Source of the DNA: Candidatus Marinacidobacterales bacterium
GTDB taxonomy: Bacteria; Acidobacteriota; Vicinamibacteria; Marinacidobacterales; DATDRI01
Direction: 5' to 3'
NCBI GenBank assembly: GCA_965226495.1
Contig: OZ245365.1
Location: 4,800,001-4,864,000, forward strand
DNA: 64,000 bases
The notes below the pieces were generated by a model, which was not told the DNA's origin, did not search any database, and saw only the letters and a list, made by a program, of their open reading frames with translations. Every line of letters begins with the position of its first letter. Positions within the stretch are counted from its first letter, which is position 1. Both the position numbers and the translations under genes were made by a program. Positions 7,919 to 19,967 of this stretch are shown piece after piece.

Positions 7919-8782
7919 TTGGACTTGCGGACGAAAACCCTCTCGGAATCAGAAGCGGTGGACATCCTGTTAAACACTCTAAACATCAGTCTTCCGACGC
8001 TTTACGCCTTAGCATGGGCCGATTACGCCCTGTTGTTCTTTCGCAACGACGCCTTCGCCGAGAAGACGGCCCCATGGCTGCTCAGGCTGGCCGCAATTCT
8101 GCACGGCATTTACCTCGTCCTGCTGGAGGCTCACCAACCGCACTTTCCAGTGGCAACGGTCTTCGAGGCTTTTTCACTTTTGGCGCTCTCGGTCTTGGTC
8201 GTCTATCTGTTCATCGAATCCCGCATTGGCGTCCGCACCACCGGTTTTTTCATCGTGGGCCTGGTCTTCGCGTTTCAGCTGGTGTCCTCGGCCTTTATCA
8301 CCCGTCCGACCGAAATCAATCCGCTACTCGCGGAGCCTTCGTTCGTCCTACACGCTGCGACCGCCGTGCTGGGTTACTCGGGGATGGCGATTTCAGCCAT
8401 CTATGGTCTGCTCTACTTGATGCTCTTCCATGACATCAAGAAGAACCGCTTCGGACTCATCTACAAACAACTCCCCTCTTTGGAAGTCATGGCGAACTTC
8501 ACCTACCGAGCGGCCACGTTGGGGTTCATCTTCCTGACTGTGGCCATGGCGCTGGGGTTGGCATTGATCGCCAAAATCGACCAGCCGGGATGGACATGGG
8601 ATCCGAAGTTGATCATTACCTTTGTGGCTTGGCTCATCTACGGTGCGTGCACCGTGGGCCGCAAGTTCTGGGGTTGGTCGCCGCGTCGAGTGGCCTTCGC
8701 GTCGTTGACCGGTTTCGCCGTCATTTTGTTCTCGTTCGTGGTCGTGAACCTTCTCTTCACGTCGTTTCACGGATTCGTCTGA
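7919..8782 (+). CDS. ccsA: Cytochrome c assembly-family membrane protein (CcsA/HemX-like); start may be GTG 7958
   Basis: Multi-TM protein with LPSLE and WDPKL motifs, directly upstream of hemA. Confidence 0.8.
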   Translation: MDLRTKTLSESEAVDILLNTLNISLPTLYALAWADYALLFFRNDAFAEKTAPWLLRLAAILHGIYLVLLEAHQPHFPVATVFEAFSLLALSVLVVYLFIESRIGVRTTGFFIVGLVFAFQLVSSAFITRPTEINPLLAEPSFVLHAATAVLGYSGMAISAIYGLLYLMLFHDIKKNRFGLIYKQLPSLEVMANFTYRAATLGFIFLTVAMALGLALIAKIDQPGWTWDPKLIITFVAWLIYGACTVGRKFWGWSPRRVAFASLTGFAVILFSFVVVNLLFTSFHGFV

Positions 8783-8783
8783 C

Positions 8784-10124
8784 ATGAACCTTCTCGTTGT
8801 TGGAATGAACCACCGCACCGCTCCGATCGATGTACGGGAGCAGGTAGCCTTCAGCGACATCGAAGTACGGGACATCCTCTCGCGAACCCGTTCCGAGCAA
8901 ACGCTCGGCGAAATGCTGGTTCTCTCCACATGCAATCGAACCGAGTTCTACGGGCTTTCCAGGGACAACGGAGCGGCGGAGATGTACATCCGGAACCTCA
9001 TCGTCCGGCAGAAGCAAGTAGATTTGGCGTCTCATCCCGGCTATGCCTACACGCTTTCGGATGTCGAGTCGGCACGCCATCTGATACGGGTAGCCACCGG
9101 CTTGGACTCGATGCTCCTCGGCGAGCCGCAGATCCTCGGCCAAGTGAAGCAAGCCCACCAGCTATCCGTGGAGTCCGGCGCCTGCGGGCTCGTCCTGAAT
9201 CGCCTCCTGCAAGCTGCGATCATCGCGGGGAAGAGGGTCCGCACCGAGACGCGTCTCGGGGGAGGGGCGGTTTCGGTAGCGAGCGCCGCCTCCGAGCTCG
9301 CCGGCAAGATCTTCCGGGATCTTTCGACCCGCTCGGTTCTACTCATCGGAGCCGGGGAAATGGGTGAGCTCACGGCTCGCCACATGTTGGAACGAGGAGT
9401 ATCCGATCTCACCATCGCCAACCGAACGTTCAGCAAAGCGCTCGAGCTTTCGCGCGAGCTCGAGGGAAAGGCGCTTCCCCTGAACCGTGTCGAAGAGGCA
9501 CTCGGTTCCGCCGACATCGTCATCAGCTCTACCGGAGCCAGCGAACCCATCATTAGCGAAGCGCAGATGAGGGCTATCGTATCCAAGCGGTCCGGGAGGC
9601 CGATCTACATCATCGATATCGCCGTGCCTCGCGACTTCGAGCCACGAATAGAACGGCTCGACGGAGTCTTCCTTCACAATTTGGACTCGATGAATCTTTT
9701 GGTGGAAAAGGGCCTCGAGGAACGACGCGGCGAGATTCCCAAGGCGGAAGTGATCGTAGAGGAAGAATTAGAAGGGTTCCTGAATTGGCGAGACTCCCTT
9801 GCGGCCACCCCCACGATCAAACAACTCAAGGAAAAATTTGAGGAAATCCGTCGTCAGGAGGTGGCTCGCTACCGCGGCCGCTTCTGCGACGAGGATCAAG
9901 AGCAGTTGGACCGGCTGACGGAAGGTTTGATGAAGAAGATCATTCATCCCGCAATGGGCAGGATTCGAGATTGGAGCGGAAAGGAAGAGTTGGGAGCCCT
10001 CCGCATCGACACGATCTACGAGCTATTCGAATTGCCCCGCCGGCCCGGACAGCCCGGACAGCCCGGACAGGACGACCTCGCCCAACCTGAGCAAGACGCC
10101 GGGGACGAGGAGTCTCAAGGGTGA
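8784..10124 (+). CDS. hemA: Glutamyl-tRNA reductase
   Basis: GMNHRTAPIDVRE, LSTCNRTE, GLDSMLLGEPQILGQVK, IGAGEMG and DIAVPRD motifs. Confidence 0.98.
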   Translation: MNLLVVGMNHRTAPIDVREQVAFSDIEVRDILSRTRSEQTLGEMLVLSTCNRTEFYGLSRDNGAAEMYIRNLIVRQKQVDLASHPGYAYTLSDVESARHLIRVATGLDSMLLGEPQILGQVKQAHQLSVESGACGLVLNRLLQAAIIAGKRVRTETRLGGGAVSVASAASELAGKIFRDLSTRSVLLIGAGEMGELTARHMLERGVSDLTIANRTFSKALELSRELEGKALPLNRVEEALGSADIVISSTGASEPIISEAQMRAIVSKRSGRPIYIIDIAVPRDFEPRIERLDGVFLHNLDSMNLLVEKGLEERRGEIPKAEVIVEEELEGFLNWRDSLAATPTIKQLKEKFEEIRRQEVARYRGRFCDEDQEQLDRLTEGLMKKIIHPAMGRIRDWSGKEELGALRIDTIYELFELPRRPGQPGQPGQDDLAQPEQDAGDEESQG

Positions 10125-11088
10125 GAGCCCTACGGGTCGGAACCCGTGGTAGCGAGCTGGCGCTGGCGCAAACCCGAGGGATTGTGGCGACGCTGAAGCA
10201 GCGGCTGCCCGACATCGAAATCGAAATCCAGGTCATCAAGACAATCGGCGACGTCGTTACCGACGTCCCCTTGTCTCAAGTTGGAGATCGCGGGCTCTTC
10301 ATCAAAGAGATCGAAAACGCTCTCCTGAAGGGTTCGGTAGATTTCGCCGTCCACAGCATGAAAGACCTTCCGAGCTCGTTGCCACCCGGACTTACGATAG
10401 CGGCGGTGACCGTGAGGCTCGACCCGCGAGACGCACTCATCTCGCGCGAGGCGCGTTCCATCGAAACCCTGCCTCGAAACGGCACGCTCGCCACCGGCAG
10501 CCTGCGCCGGCGCTCACAAGTGCTCGCAATGCGTCCGGATCTCCGAGTCGTCGAATTACGAGGCAACATCACGACAAGGCTGCTGAAGTTCGATGAGTCG
10601 AGTTGGGATTCGATGGTCCTAGCGAGCGCGGGTCTCACTAGACTCGGCCTCGAGGGGCGCATCGCAACCGCCATTTCTATGGACCAGATGCTACCCGCCG
10701 TGGGCCAGGGGGCGCTCGGGCTCGAAGCGCGGGCCGACGATTCCGAGGTCAGCGAGTGTCTCGCAAACCTCAACGACCAGGAATCCGCGACCGCGGTGAC
10801 AGCGGAGCGCGCGTTGCTCCGCCGTTTACAAGGAGGCTGTCAGGTACCGATCGGAGCACACGGCCGAATCCGCGAAAGGGGGTTGGTCTTGGACGCGTAC
10901 ATCGGGAGCACCGATGGACGGCGGCACCTAAGACGCCAGGCCGAGGGAGCGCCGGAACGAGCCGAAGAGATCGGTGAATCTTTGGCGGAGCAGATGCTAG
11001 GCGAGGGGGGAGACGAGATTCTCGAGGAAACTCGGGCAGAGGCGCCTGAAACGCCTGTAGGGAAAGAAACAAAAGAAACACAATCGCC

Positions 11089-11092
<4 letters not shown>
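10121..11092 (+). CDS. hemC: Hydroxymethylbilane synthase (porphobilinogen deaminase)
   Basis: GTRGSELALAQ, AVHSMKDLP, GSLRR, LRGN and GGCQVPIG motifs. Confidence 0.98.
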
Positions 11093-14216
<3,124 letters not shown>

Positions 14217-14220
<4 letters not shown>

Positions 14221-14528
14221 TGGCCGAGATTCGCGTCGCCGATACTCAAGAAGTGCCCGAGGGCACGGGGATTGTCGTCGACGTGAAGGGCAAACGGCTG
14301 GCCATCTTTCGATATCAAGGTGAATTCTTCGCACTCGACGAGACTTGCCCGCATCGAGGAGGTCCTCTTCACGAAGGTCCTGTCCAAGAAGGAGTCGTCG
14401 CTTGTCCCTGGCATCTATGGCAGTTCAATCTCAAGACCGGCCTTTCCCCCGTTAATCCCCTGTCCAAGGTCCAGGCATACAAGACACGCGTCGACGGCAG
14501 CGATGTTCTAGTAGAGATCAAAGACTAG
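14217..14528 (+). CDS. Rieske (2Fe-2S) ferredoxin
   Basis: CPHRGGPL...CPWH Rieske motifs. Confidence 0.92.
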
Positions 14529-14611
14529 ACAGGATAACAGGATGGACAGGATTAGAGAGTTGCAATCGAAAACGGAGTGCGGTCCTATCCTGTTTATCCT
14601 GTAATCCCGTC
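14528..14611. repeat. Intergenic inverted repeat built from ACAGGAT units
   Basis: gacaggataacaggatggacaggat (14528-14552) ... atcctgtttatcctgtaatcccgtc (14587-14611), between convergent genes. Confidence 0.8.
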
Positions 14612-14626
14612 TGATTTCTTTGTCTT

Positions 14627-15460
14627 TTAGGCGGTTGATGCTTCGCGGATTTTTTCTAGCGCTTCCGAAGTGAGTTCCGGACAACCCAAGCTGGTAGGAC
14701 CTGGACCCTCCGGATTATGGAAATCGGATCCGCCGGTCACCAGCAAACCCAATCGCGCCGACATCTGCACATAGTGGGAAGCGATCTCCGGTGGATGGTC
14801 GCTGTGGTACGTCTCGATGGCCTGGAGACCATCATCGACCATCTTCGGAATGAGCTCATCTCGCTTCAGCAGCACCGGGTGTGCCAAAGACGCCACACCA
14901 CCGGCTCGCTGGATGAGGTCGGTGGCATCGCGCAGGGTCACTTTTTCATAACCCGCATCCGCGGGCGCGTCATGACCGAGGTACCGGTCGAACGCCTCTT
15001 TGAAGCTGGAAACGAAACCACGGTCGACGAGCACCTCGGCGATGTGCGGACGCCCCACCGTTCCGTGTGACGATTTGGCGAAGACGTCCGCTGCCTCTAT
15101 GTGGACGTCGACCGCTTCAAGCTTCTCCAGAATCTGATGGACCCGTTCGATACGCCGCTCACTCGCCGCCGAAAAAAACTCGACCAACCACGGCTCACGA
15201 TGACGAACGAACAACCCCAGAACGTGTACCGAGGCATCTTCGAAGTTGGCACTCACCTCGACTCCGGCGATGATCTCGAGTCCGTTCCCGGAAAGCTTGG
15301 CCGCCGCATCACGAGCAGAGTCGATCCCATCCACCGTATCGTGGTCGGTCACTGCGAACGAGGAAACATTCTCCGCGACTGCTTTTTGGACCAGTTCTTC
15401 GGAGCTGAGCCGCCCGTCCGAGGCGGTAGTATGAGTGTGCAGATCGTACAGCTTTTTCAT
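14627..15460 (-). CDS. PHP-domain metal-dependent phosphoesterase (TrpH/YciV-like)
   Basis: DLHTHTTASDG, TDHDT, GRPHIA, LAHP and TGGSDFH motifs. ATG at 15460 chosen. Confidence 0.92.
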   Translation of the reverse strand: MKKLYDLHTHTTASDGRLSSEELVQKAVAENVSSFAVTDHDTVDGIDSARDAAAKLSGNGLEIIAGVEVSANFEDASVHVLGLFVRHREPWLVEFFSAASERRIERVHQILEKLEAVDVHIEAADVFAKSSHGTVGRPHIAEVLVDRGFVSSFKEAFDRYLGHDAPADAGYEKVTLRDATDLIQRAGGVASLAHPVLLKRDELIPKMVDDGLQAIETYHSDHPPEIASHYVQMSARLGLLVTGGSDFHNPEGPGPTSLGCPELTSEALEKIREASTA

Positions 15461-15528
15461 CGTCTGGTTTGGAGCCGAATTTTTTATGCTACGGCGCACC
15501 TTGACGGTTGTCAAGCTTTGGCCGTATC

Positions 15529-16041
15529 ATGAGCGCCATGATCAAGAAAGTGAAACGCCCCCCGCTCAACTATCTCGAACGCGCCTATATTCCGGAAGTG
15601 GCGCGGGCGCTCGTCATCACCTCCCGCCACTTCTTCCGTAACGTGACACGTCATCTGGCCCATTTACTCCGGCTCAAATTGGATGACCCGGCGGCGGTGA
15701 CTTTTCAGTATCCCGAGCAGCGGCGACCGATGGCCCGCAGACATCGCTCCCGACACCGACTGACCCAGCGGGACGATGGCAGTCCTCGCTGCGTGGCTTG
15801 CATGATGTGCGAGACGATCTGCCCTGCTTTCTGCATCTTCATCGTAGCCGACGAGCACCCCGACCCGAGCATTGAGAAATACCCGACAACCTTCGATATC
15901 GACTATGGCAAATGTGTTTTTTGCGGGCTCTGTGTGGAGGCCTGTCCAGAAGATGCGATACGGATGGATACCGGGATCTTGGAAATAAGCGCGCCATCGA
16001 GGGGCGAGCTGGTCTATTCGAAAGACCGTCTATTAGGTTGA
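15529..16041 (+). CDS. nuoI: NADH-quinone oxidoreductase subunit I, stand-alone
   Basis: TFQYPE, CVACMMCETICP and CVFCGLCVEACPEDAI (two 4Fe-4S motifs). Confidence 0.88.
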   Translation: MSAMIKKVKRPPLNYLERAYIPEVARALVITSRHFFRNVTRHLAHLLRLKLDDPAAVTFQYPEQRRPMARRHRSRHRLTQRDDGSPRCVACMMCETICPAFCIFIVADEHPDPSIEKYPTTFDIDYGKCVFCGLCVEACPEDAIRMDTGILEISAPSRGELVYSKDRLLG

Positions 16042-16061
16042 ATCTACTACGGTTCCGCCGC

Positions 16062-16119
16062 TTGACAGTTTCTGGAGTCGTTAGTATACTTGGGGTGTCT
16101 GACCAATTTGATGGGGTTT
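16062..16119 (+). promoter_or_regulatory. Sigma70 promoter followed by an IscR/Rrf2-like operator
   Basis: TTGACA-N17-TATACT (16062-16090). GTGTCTGACCAATTTGATGGGGTTT (16095-16119) resembles the IscR type-1 motif. Confidence 0.65.
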
Positions 16120-16201
16120 ATCACACTTGCTCTTAATGGCCTGGAAAACACTAGGAAATTAAGACCTATCTAGACCAGTAAAGCACAAAGAGGGCTTAGC
16201 G

Positions 16202-16525
16202 ATGTTGACTTTGAGTACGACTGCCGCCGGTAAGGTAAAAGAGTTCCTGGTCGATAATGGCAAACCCGATGCCGCCTTGAGAGTTCGCGTTGTCGGTGGA
16301 GGCTGCTCCGGATTCTCGTATCAACTCGCGCTTGATGAGGAAGCCGGTACCGAGGACAAGGTCTACGAACAAAATGGTGTGAAGCTATTTGTCGACGCCA
16401 AGAGCCTTCTCTACCTTGAAGGAACCGAGATCGACTATGTGGAAGACATCATGGGCTCGGGATTCCGTTTCAACAATCCGAACTCGAAGGGGACCTGCGG
16501 CTGCGGGGAATCTTTCCAAGTTTAA
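16202..16525 (+). CDS. A-type Fe-S carrier (IscA/ErpA/HesB family)
   Basis: GGGCSGFSY and NPNSKGTCGCGESF motifs. Confidence 0.96.
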   Translation: MLTLSTTAAGKVKEFLVDNGKPDAALRVRVVGGGCSGFSYQLALDEEAGTEDKVYEQNGVKLFVDAKSLLYLEGTEIDYVEDIMGSGFRFNNPNSKGTCGCGESFQV

Positions 16526-16589
16526 GAGAGCCTAGCCTAGTCATACGACGCGTTCAAATCTAACTGCGTCTTTTCGAACTCATCGCGGC

Positions 16590-16619
16590 ACCCTCGGATC
16601 ACACCGGGGGTATTTTTTT
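16590..16619 (+). terminator. Probable intrinsic terminator
   Basis: accctcgg-atcaca-ccgggggt followed by a T7 run. Confidence 0.6.
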
Positions 16620-16653
16620 GTGCTTCCTATCCCAGAATTGCAGGCGGAGCATA

Positions 16654-16962
16654 ATGAGTTCAGCAGACACCGAATACGACACCTTCGAACGGCTCGTGAA
16701 TATCGAGATCGAAGGCACCTCCTTCGCCGTTCCAGCGAACAACATTCTTCTCAACTGCGTTCAGTTCATCCTCGACGAAGGCATGGTGCTGGGACGTTTC
16801 TGTTGGAGCAACGAGTGCGGCAACTGCGAGCTCACCTGCCATACGCCCAACCAGCCGGAGGCCCAGCGAGCTCGTGGATGTCAAACGATCGTCCAGGAAG
16901 GGATGGTTCTTTCCGAGCTCACCCCTGATCTGAGATACTGGCTGCGCGAGAAACTGAAGTAA
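16654..16962 (+). CDS. 2Fe-2S ferredoxin-like protein
   Basis: C-x4-C-x2-C (CWSNECGNC) plus a distal C (RGCQ). Confidence 0.75.
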   Translation: MSSADTEYDTFERLVNIEIEGTSFAVPANNILLNCVQFILDEGMVLGRFCWSNECGNCELTCHTPNQPEAQRARGCQTIVQEGMVLSELTPDLRYWLREKLK

Positions 16963-16996
16963 CGCGTATCTGCCTCATTCCTAGAGAGTCGACGTA

Positions 16997-17755
16997 TTGA
17001 TCCCAGCGGTCATATCCCTGTTGTCTGCCCACTTGGCGGTCGGTACCTTGCTAATCTCAGCTGCGCTGGTGCTGCGCCAGCGACTGCCCGATCCTTTCCT
17101 CCGATTCTGCGCCGTCGGCTCTGCATTTGCGGCGGGGGTCAGCTGGCTGCTAAGTCCGAGGGGAAACCTCGCCTACGGTGCCGTCGCAGCCGCAGCGGTC
17201 TTTTGGTATTTCTGGTTGCGCCGTCGGGGAGGCGGCTCTCCGTTCCCTGCGGTGGCGGCCGCGGTCGTCGGCTTAGGAGCACTGGCTACCGAATGCCTCG
17301 GCAACAACACCGCGGGCTGGCCGCTTTGTTTCGCAGGTTCCGTCAGTTCGGCGCTGTTGCTCGGGGCGGTCGTGGTGAGCATGGTCCTCGGCCATTGGTA
17401 CCTCGTCGATACGAAGCTATCCATCGCTCCGCTCAAACAGGGGGCCCTCTGGTTCGCCGTTGCGGTGGTCGCACGTTGGGTAAGTGTCAGTACGACTCTT
17501 TCCCGCGAAGGATTGCAGGTCGTTCAGGTCGTGCGAACCTCCGACCTGGTCTTCTCGACTCTTGGCCTATTCTTCCTTTTCAGGTTTATTTCCGGCCTCA
17601 TTGCTCCAGCGCTGCTGGCGGGTCTCATCTGGCAAACGGTGAAGATACGCTCGACGCAGTCCGCGACGGGGCTCCTCTACGTCGCGCTCGTCCTGGTGCT
17701 CTTCGGAGAGCTGATCGCACAATTCCTGGTGGTCGCTACAGGCTTCCCACTATGA
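16997..17755 (+). CDS. Hypothetical multi-pass membrane protein
   Basis: Many hydrophobic helices; conserved-looking SMVLGHWYL and STQSATGLLY segments. Confidence 0.75.
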   Translation: MIPAVISLLSAHLAVGTLLISAALVLRQRLPDPFLRFCAVGSAFAAGVSWLLSPRGNLAYGAVAAAAVFWYFWLRRRGGGSPFPAVAAAVVGLGALATECLGNNTAGWPLCFAGSVSSALLLGAVVVSMVLGHWYLVDTKLSIAPLKQGALWFAVAVVARWVSVSTTLSREGLQVVQVVRTSDLVFSTLGLFFLFRFISGLIAPALLAGLIWQTVKIRSTQSATGLLYVALVLVLFGELIAQFLVVATGFPL

Positions 17756-17776
17756 AATCACACGAGACGCAGCGGG

Positions 17777-18247
17777 TTGACTGAAGAACAAGCGAATTTT
17801 TTGACAGCGGGCTTCTTTTGCCCAGAGTGCTCCCGCTACAGCGAGTACACGCTTTCGCCTCGGGAGACCGTCCACGCCTGTTCTCATTGCGGGCATGAGT
17901 CAGAAAGCAATGCCAGTCCCGCGCTCCTAGCAGGGGGACCGATCGATCGATGTCCGCATTGTGACAATCGGGAATTCTTCCTCGGAAAGGATTTCCCCCA
18001 GCAACTCGGCTGCGCCGCGGTGACATTGACGGTTGTCCTGTCCACCCTAGCTTATGCCTTCTGGGGGTTTCTTCCATCTTTGGCAGTACTGGTCATCGCC
18101 AGTCTCCTCGACTTCGTTCTCTACCATCGGCTGGGAGAAGTGACGATTTGTTACCGGTGCCATTCGGAGCTCCGCGGGTTTGCTCCCAATCCGACACACG
18201 GGCCCTTTGACATGCATCGGGCGGAAGAGTACGACGAGGGAACGTAG
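17777..18247 (+). CDS. Hypothetical Cys-rich (zinc-ribbon-like) membrane protein
   Basis: Four CxxC pairs around a two-helix hydrophobic segment. Confidence 0.75.
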   Translation: MTEEQANFLTAGFFCPECSRYSEYTLSPRETVHACSHCGHESESNASPALLAGGPIDRCPHCDNREFFLGKDFPQQLGCAAVTLTVVLSTLAYAFWGFLPSLAVLVIASLLDFVLYHRLGEVTICYRCHSELRGFAPNPTHGPFDMHRAEEYDEGT

Positions 18248-18495
18248 ACCTCGGGAGCTCGCGGGGGTCGCCGTCGACTAGTGGGGCTGTAACAATGAAA
18301 TCGACACCGGAGTTTATTGCCACTATCCACAACCCCCTCACCCGACGCCTGGCCACGTTGACTCAAAGCAACCCGCTCCTGTGGCGTCCTCTGGCGGCGG
18401 GCGACCTCTCCCCCGCGGGGACAGCGGGCGTCAAAACAGGTCATGCCGCTAGCAACGACGCCAGACGCCGGTACCAACCTCGTTGGTACGGCCTA

Positions 18496-18936
18496 CTAGG
18501 CGGGGTCGATGCTAACCAGGGGGTGGTTGGGGGCCTTCAGCATGTCCGCCATAGTGACGTTGCCCAGAAAATCCACAGTCTGCTTTTGGGCCATGTTCCA
18601 GACGTGTTGCATCTCACAACCATCTAGGATGGAGCAATCGTCGTGGTCTCCGTCCACGCATCGGTTGAGCTTCAACGGTCCCTCAACGGCTTCGATGACC
18701 GCGAGAAAAGTGATCTCGGAGGGAGACCTTGCGAGCGCGTAGCCCCCGCGCGCACCTTGCTGGGACTTCACAACGCCTCGATTCGCCAGGATGGGAAGAA
18801 TCTGCGCGAGGAAAGCCTGGGGGATGTCTTTGGCTTTGGCGATCTCACTCACGCGACCGTAGCGATCGGAGCTAAGGCGCGCAAGATAAATGACCGCCCG
18901 CAACGCATAGTCGCTTTTTCGCGACAGTTCTAGCAT
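18496..18936 (-). CDS. Rrf2-family transcriptional regulator with three C-terminal Cys
   Basis: SRKSDYALRA, GARGGYALA and CVDGDHDDCSILDGC. ATG at 18936 chosen. Confidence 0.93.
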   Translation of the reverse strand: MLELSRKSDYALRAVIYLARLSSDRYGRVSEIAKAKDIPQAFLAQILPILANRGVVKSQQGARGGYALARSPSEITFLAVIEAVEGPLKLNRCVDGDHDDCSILDGCEMQHVWNMAQKQTVDFLGNVTMADMLKAPNHPLVSIDPA

Positions 18937-18976
18937 CTCAGTGTTGCCTCGACCGATTCGTACGGAATCCGCGCCG

Positions 18977-19005
18977 ATTATAGTGCAGCTTGCTGGGGTG
19001 TTCAA
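18977..19005 (-). promoter_or_regulatory. Sigma70 promoter of the Rrf2 gene
   Basis: Minus strand TTGAAC-N17-TATAAT. Confidence 0.65.
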
Positions 19006-19116
19006 GCCAACATCGAAAAGGGGCCTTTCAGTGCGGAAAAGGTACCGCTCGCTGATCGGGCGCCCCAACGCTAGACCATTGACCGTCATTACCAGCGTCG
19101 ATAGGATGACTGCCGA

Positions 19117-19770
19117 GTGGACCTAATTATCTTCGATTTGGATGGCACCCTTGTCGATTCTCGTAAGGACATTGCCACGTCGGTGAACGAGCTACTGACT
19201 CGTTTGGGGCGGCCGGAGCTGCCGTCGGAGCAGGTTTTCGATTTCATAGGGAATGGCGTGCGAAGACTCCTCGAACGTGCTTTGGGCGAGTCCGCGGCCT
19301 CGGACGAGCTGGACCAGGCCGTCCGACTCTATTTGCAGATCTATGGCCGCCGTCTTCTCGAAACTACGAGCGCATACCCAGGTGTGTGCGAGGCCCTGGC
19401 CGAGCTCCAAGCGTTGCAGACTGCGCCGCGGATGGCAGTTCTCACGAACAAGCCGACCAAGGAGAGTCTGGAAGTGCTCGAGGGACTCGAGCTCATGCGG
19501 TATTTCGATCAAGTGCACGGGGGGGACAGTTTTCCACGACGCAAACCAGATCCGATGGGGGCCGACGCCCTCATCAAAAACACTGGCGCACGGCGAGAGC
19601 TGACCCTAATGGTGGGTGACTCCCGCGTGGACTACGAGACCGCTCTCAACGCTCGAATCCGGGTATCGCTAGTTACATACGGAATCGGCGCCAAAGAAGT
19701 CCAGGCTCTCTCCCCAGACTATTTCATCGACGACATGAGAGAGCTCCTCCCGATTGTGGGCCCTGAATAG
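19117..19770 (+). CDS. gph: HAD hydrolase, phosphoglycolate phosphatase-like
   Basis: FDLDGTLVDS, VLTNK, KPDP and MVGDS motifs. Confidence 0.85.
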   Translation: MDLIIFDLDGTLVDSRKDIATSVNELLTRLGRPELPSEQVFDFIGNGVRRLLERALGESAASDELDQAVRLYLQIYGRRLLETTSAYPGVCEALAELQALQTAPRMAVLTNKPTKESLEVLEGLELMRYFDQVHGGDSFPRRKPDPMGADALIKNTGARRELTLMVGDSRVDYETALNARIRVSLVTYGIGAKEVQALSPDYFIDDMRELLPIVGPE

Positions 19771-19853
19771 AGGATCGAAGCCAGCTTTGAAAGGCCCTCA
19801 CCCCGGCCCTCTCCCAGAGGGAGAGGGAGTAAAGGATCGAAACCAGCTTTGAA
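19771..19853. repeat. REP-like palindrome flanked by 21-bp direct repeats
   Basis: ccctcaccccggccctctcccagagggagaggga (19795-19828) lies between aggatcgaa(g/a)ccagctttgaa at 19771-19791 and 19833-19853. Confidence 0.8.
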
Positions 19854-19967
19854 TATGTAAACTCGGGATGCTACCCTCACCTATTCGCAGTCGCTAACGG
19901 ATCGAGCCAGGCAGCGTTTGCTATCCATCGTCAAACGCTTACAGGAGAGATCCCTTCGAATCGCCAG

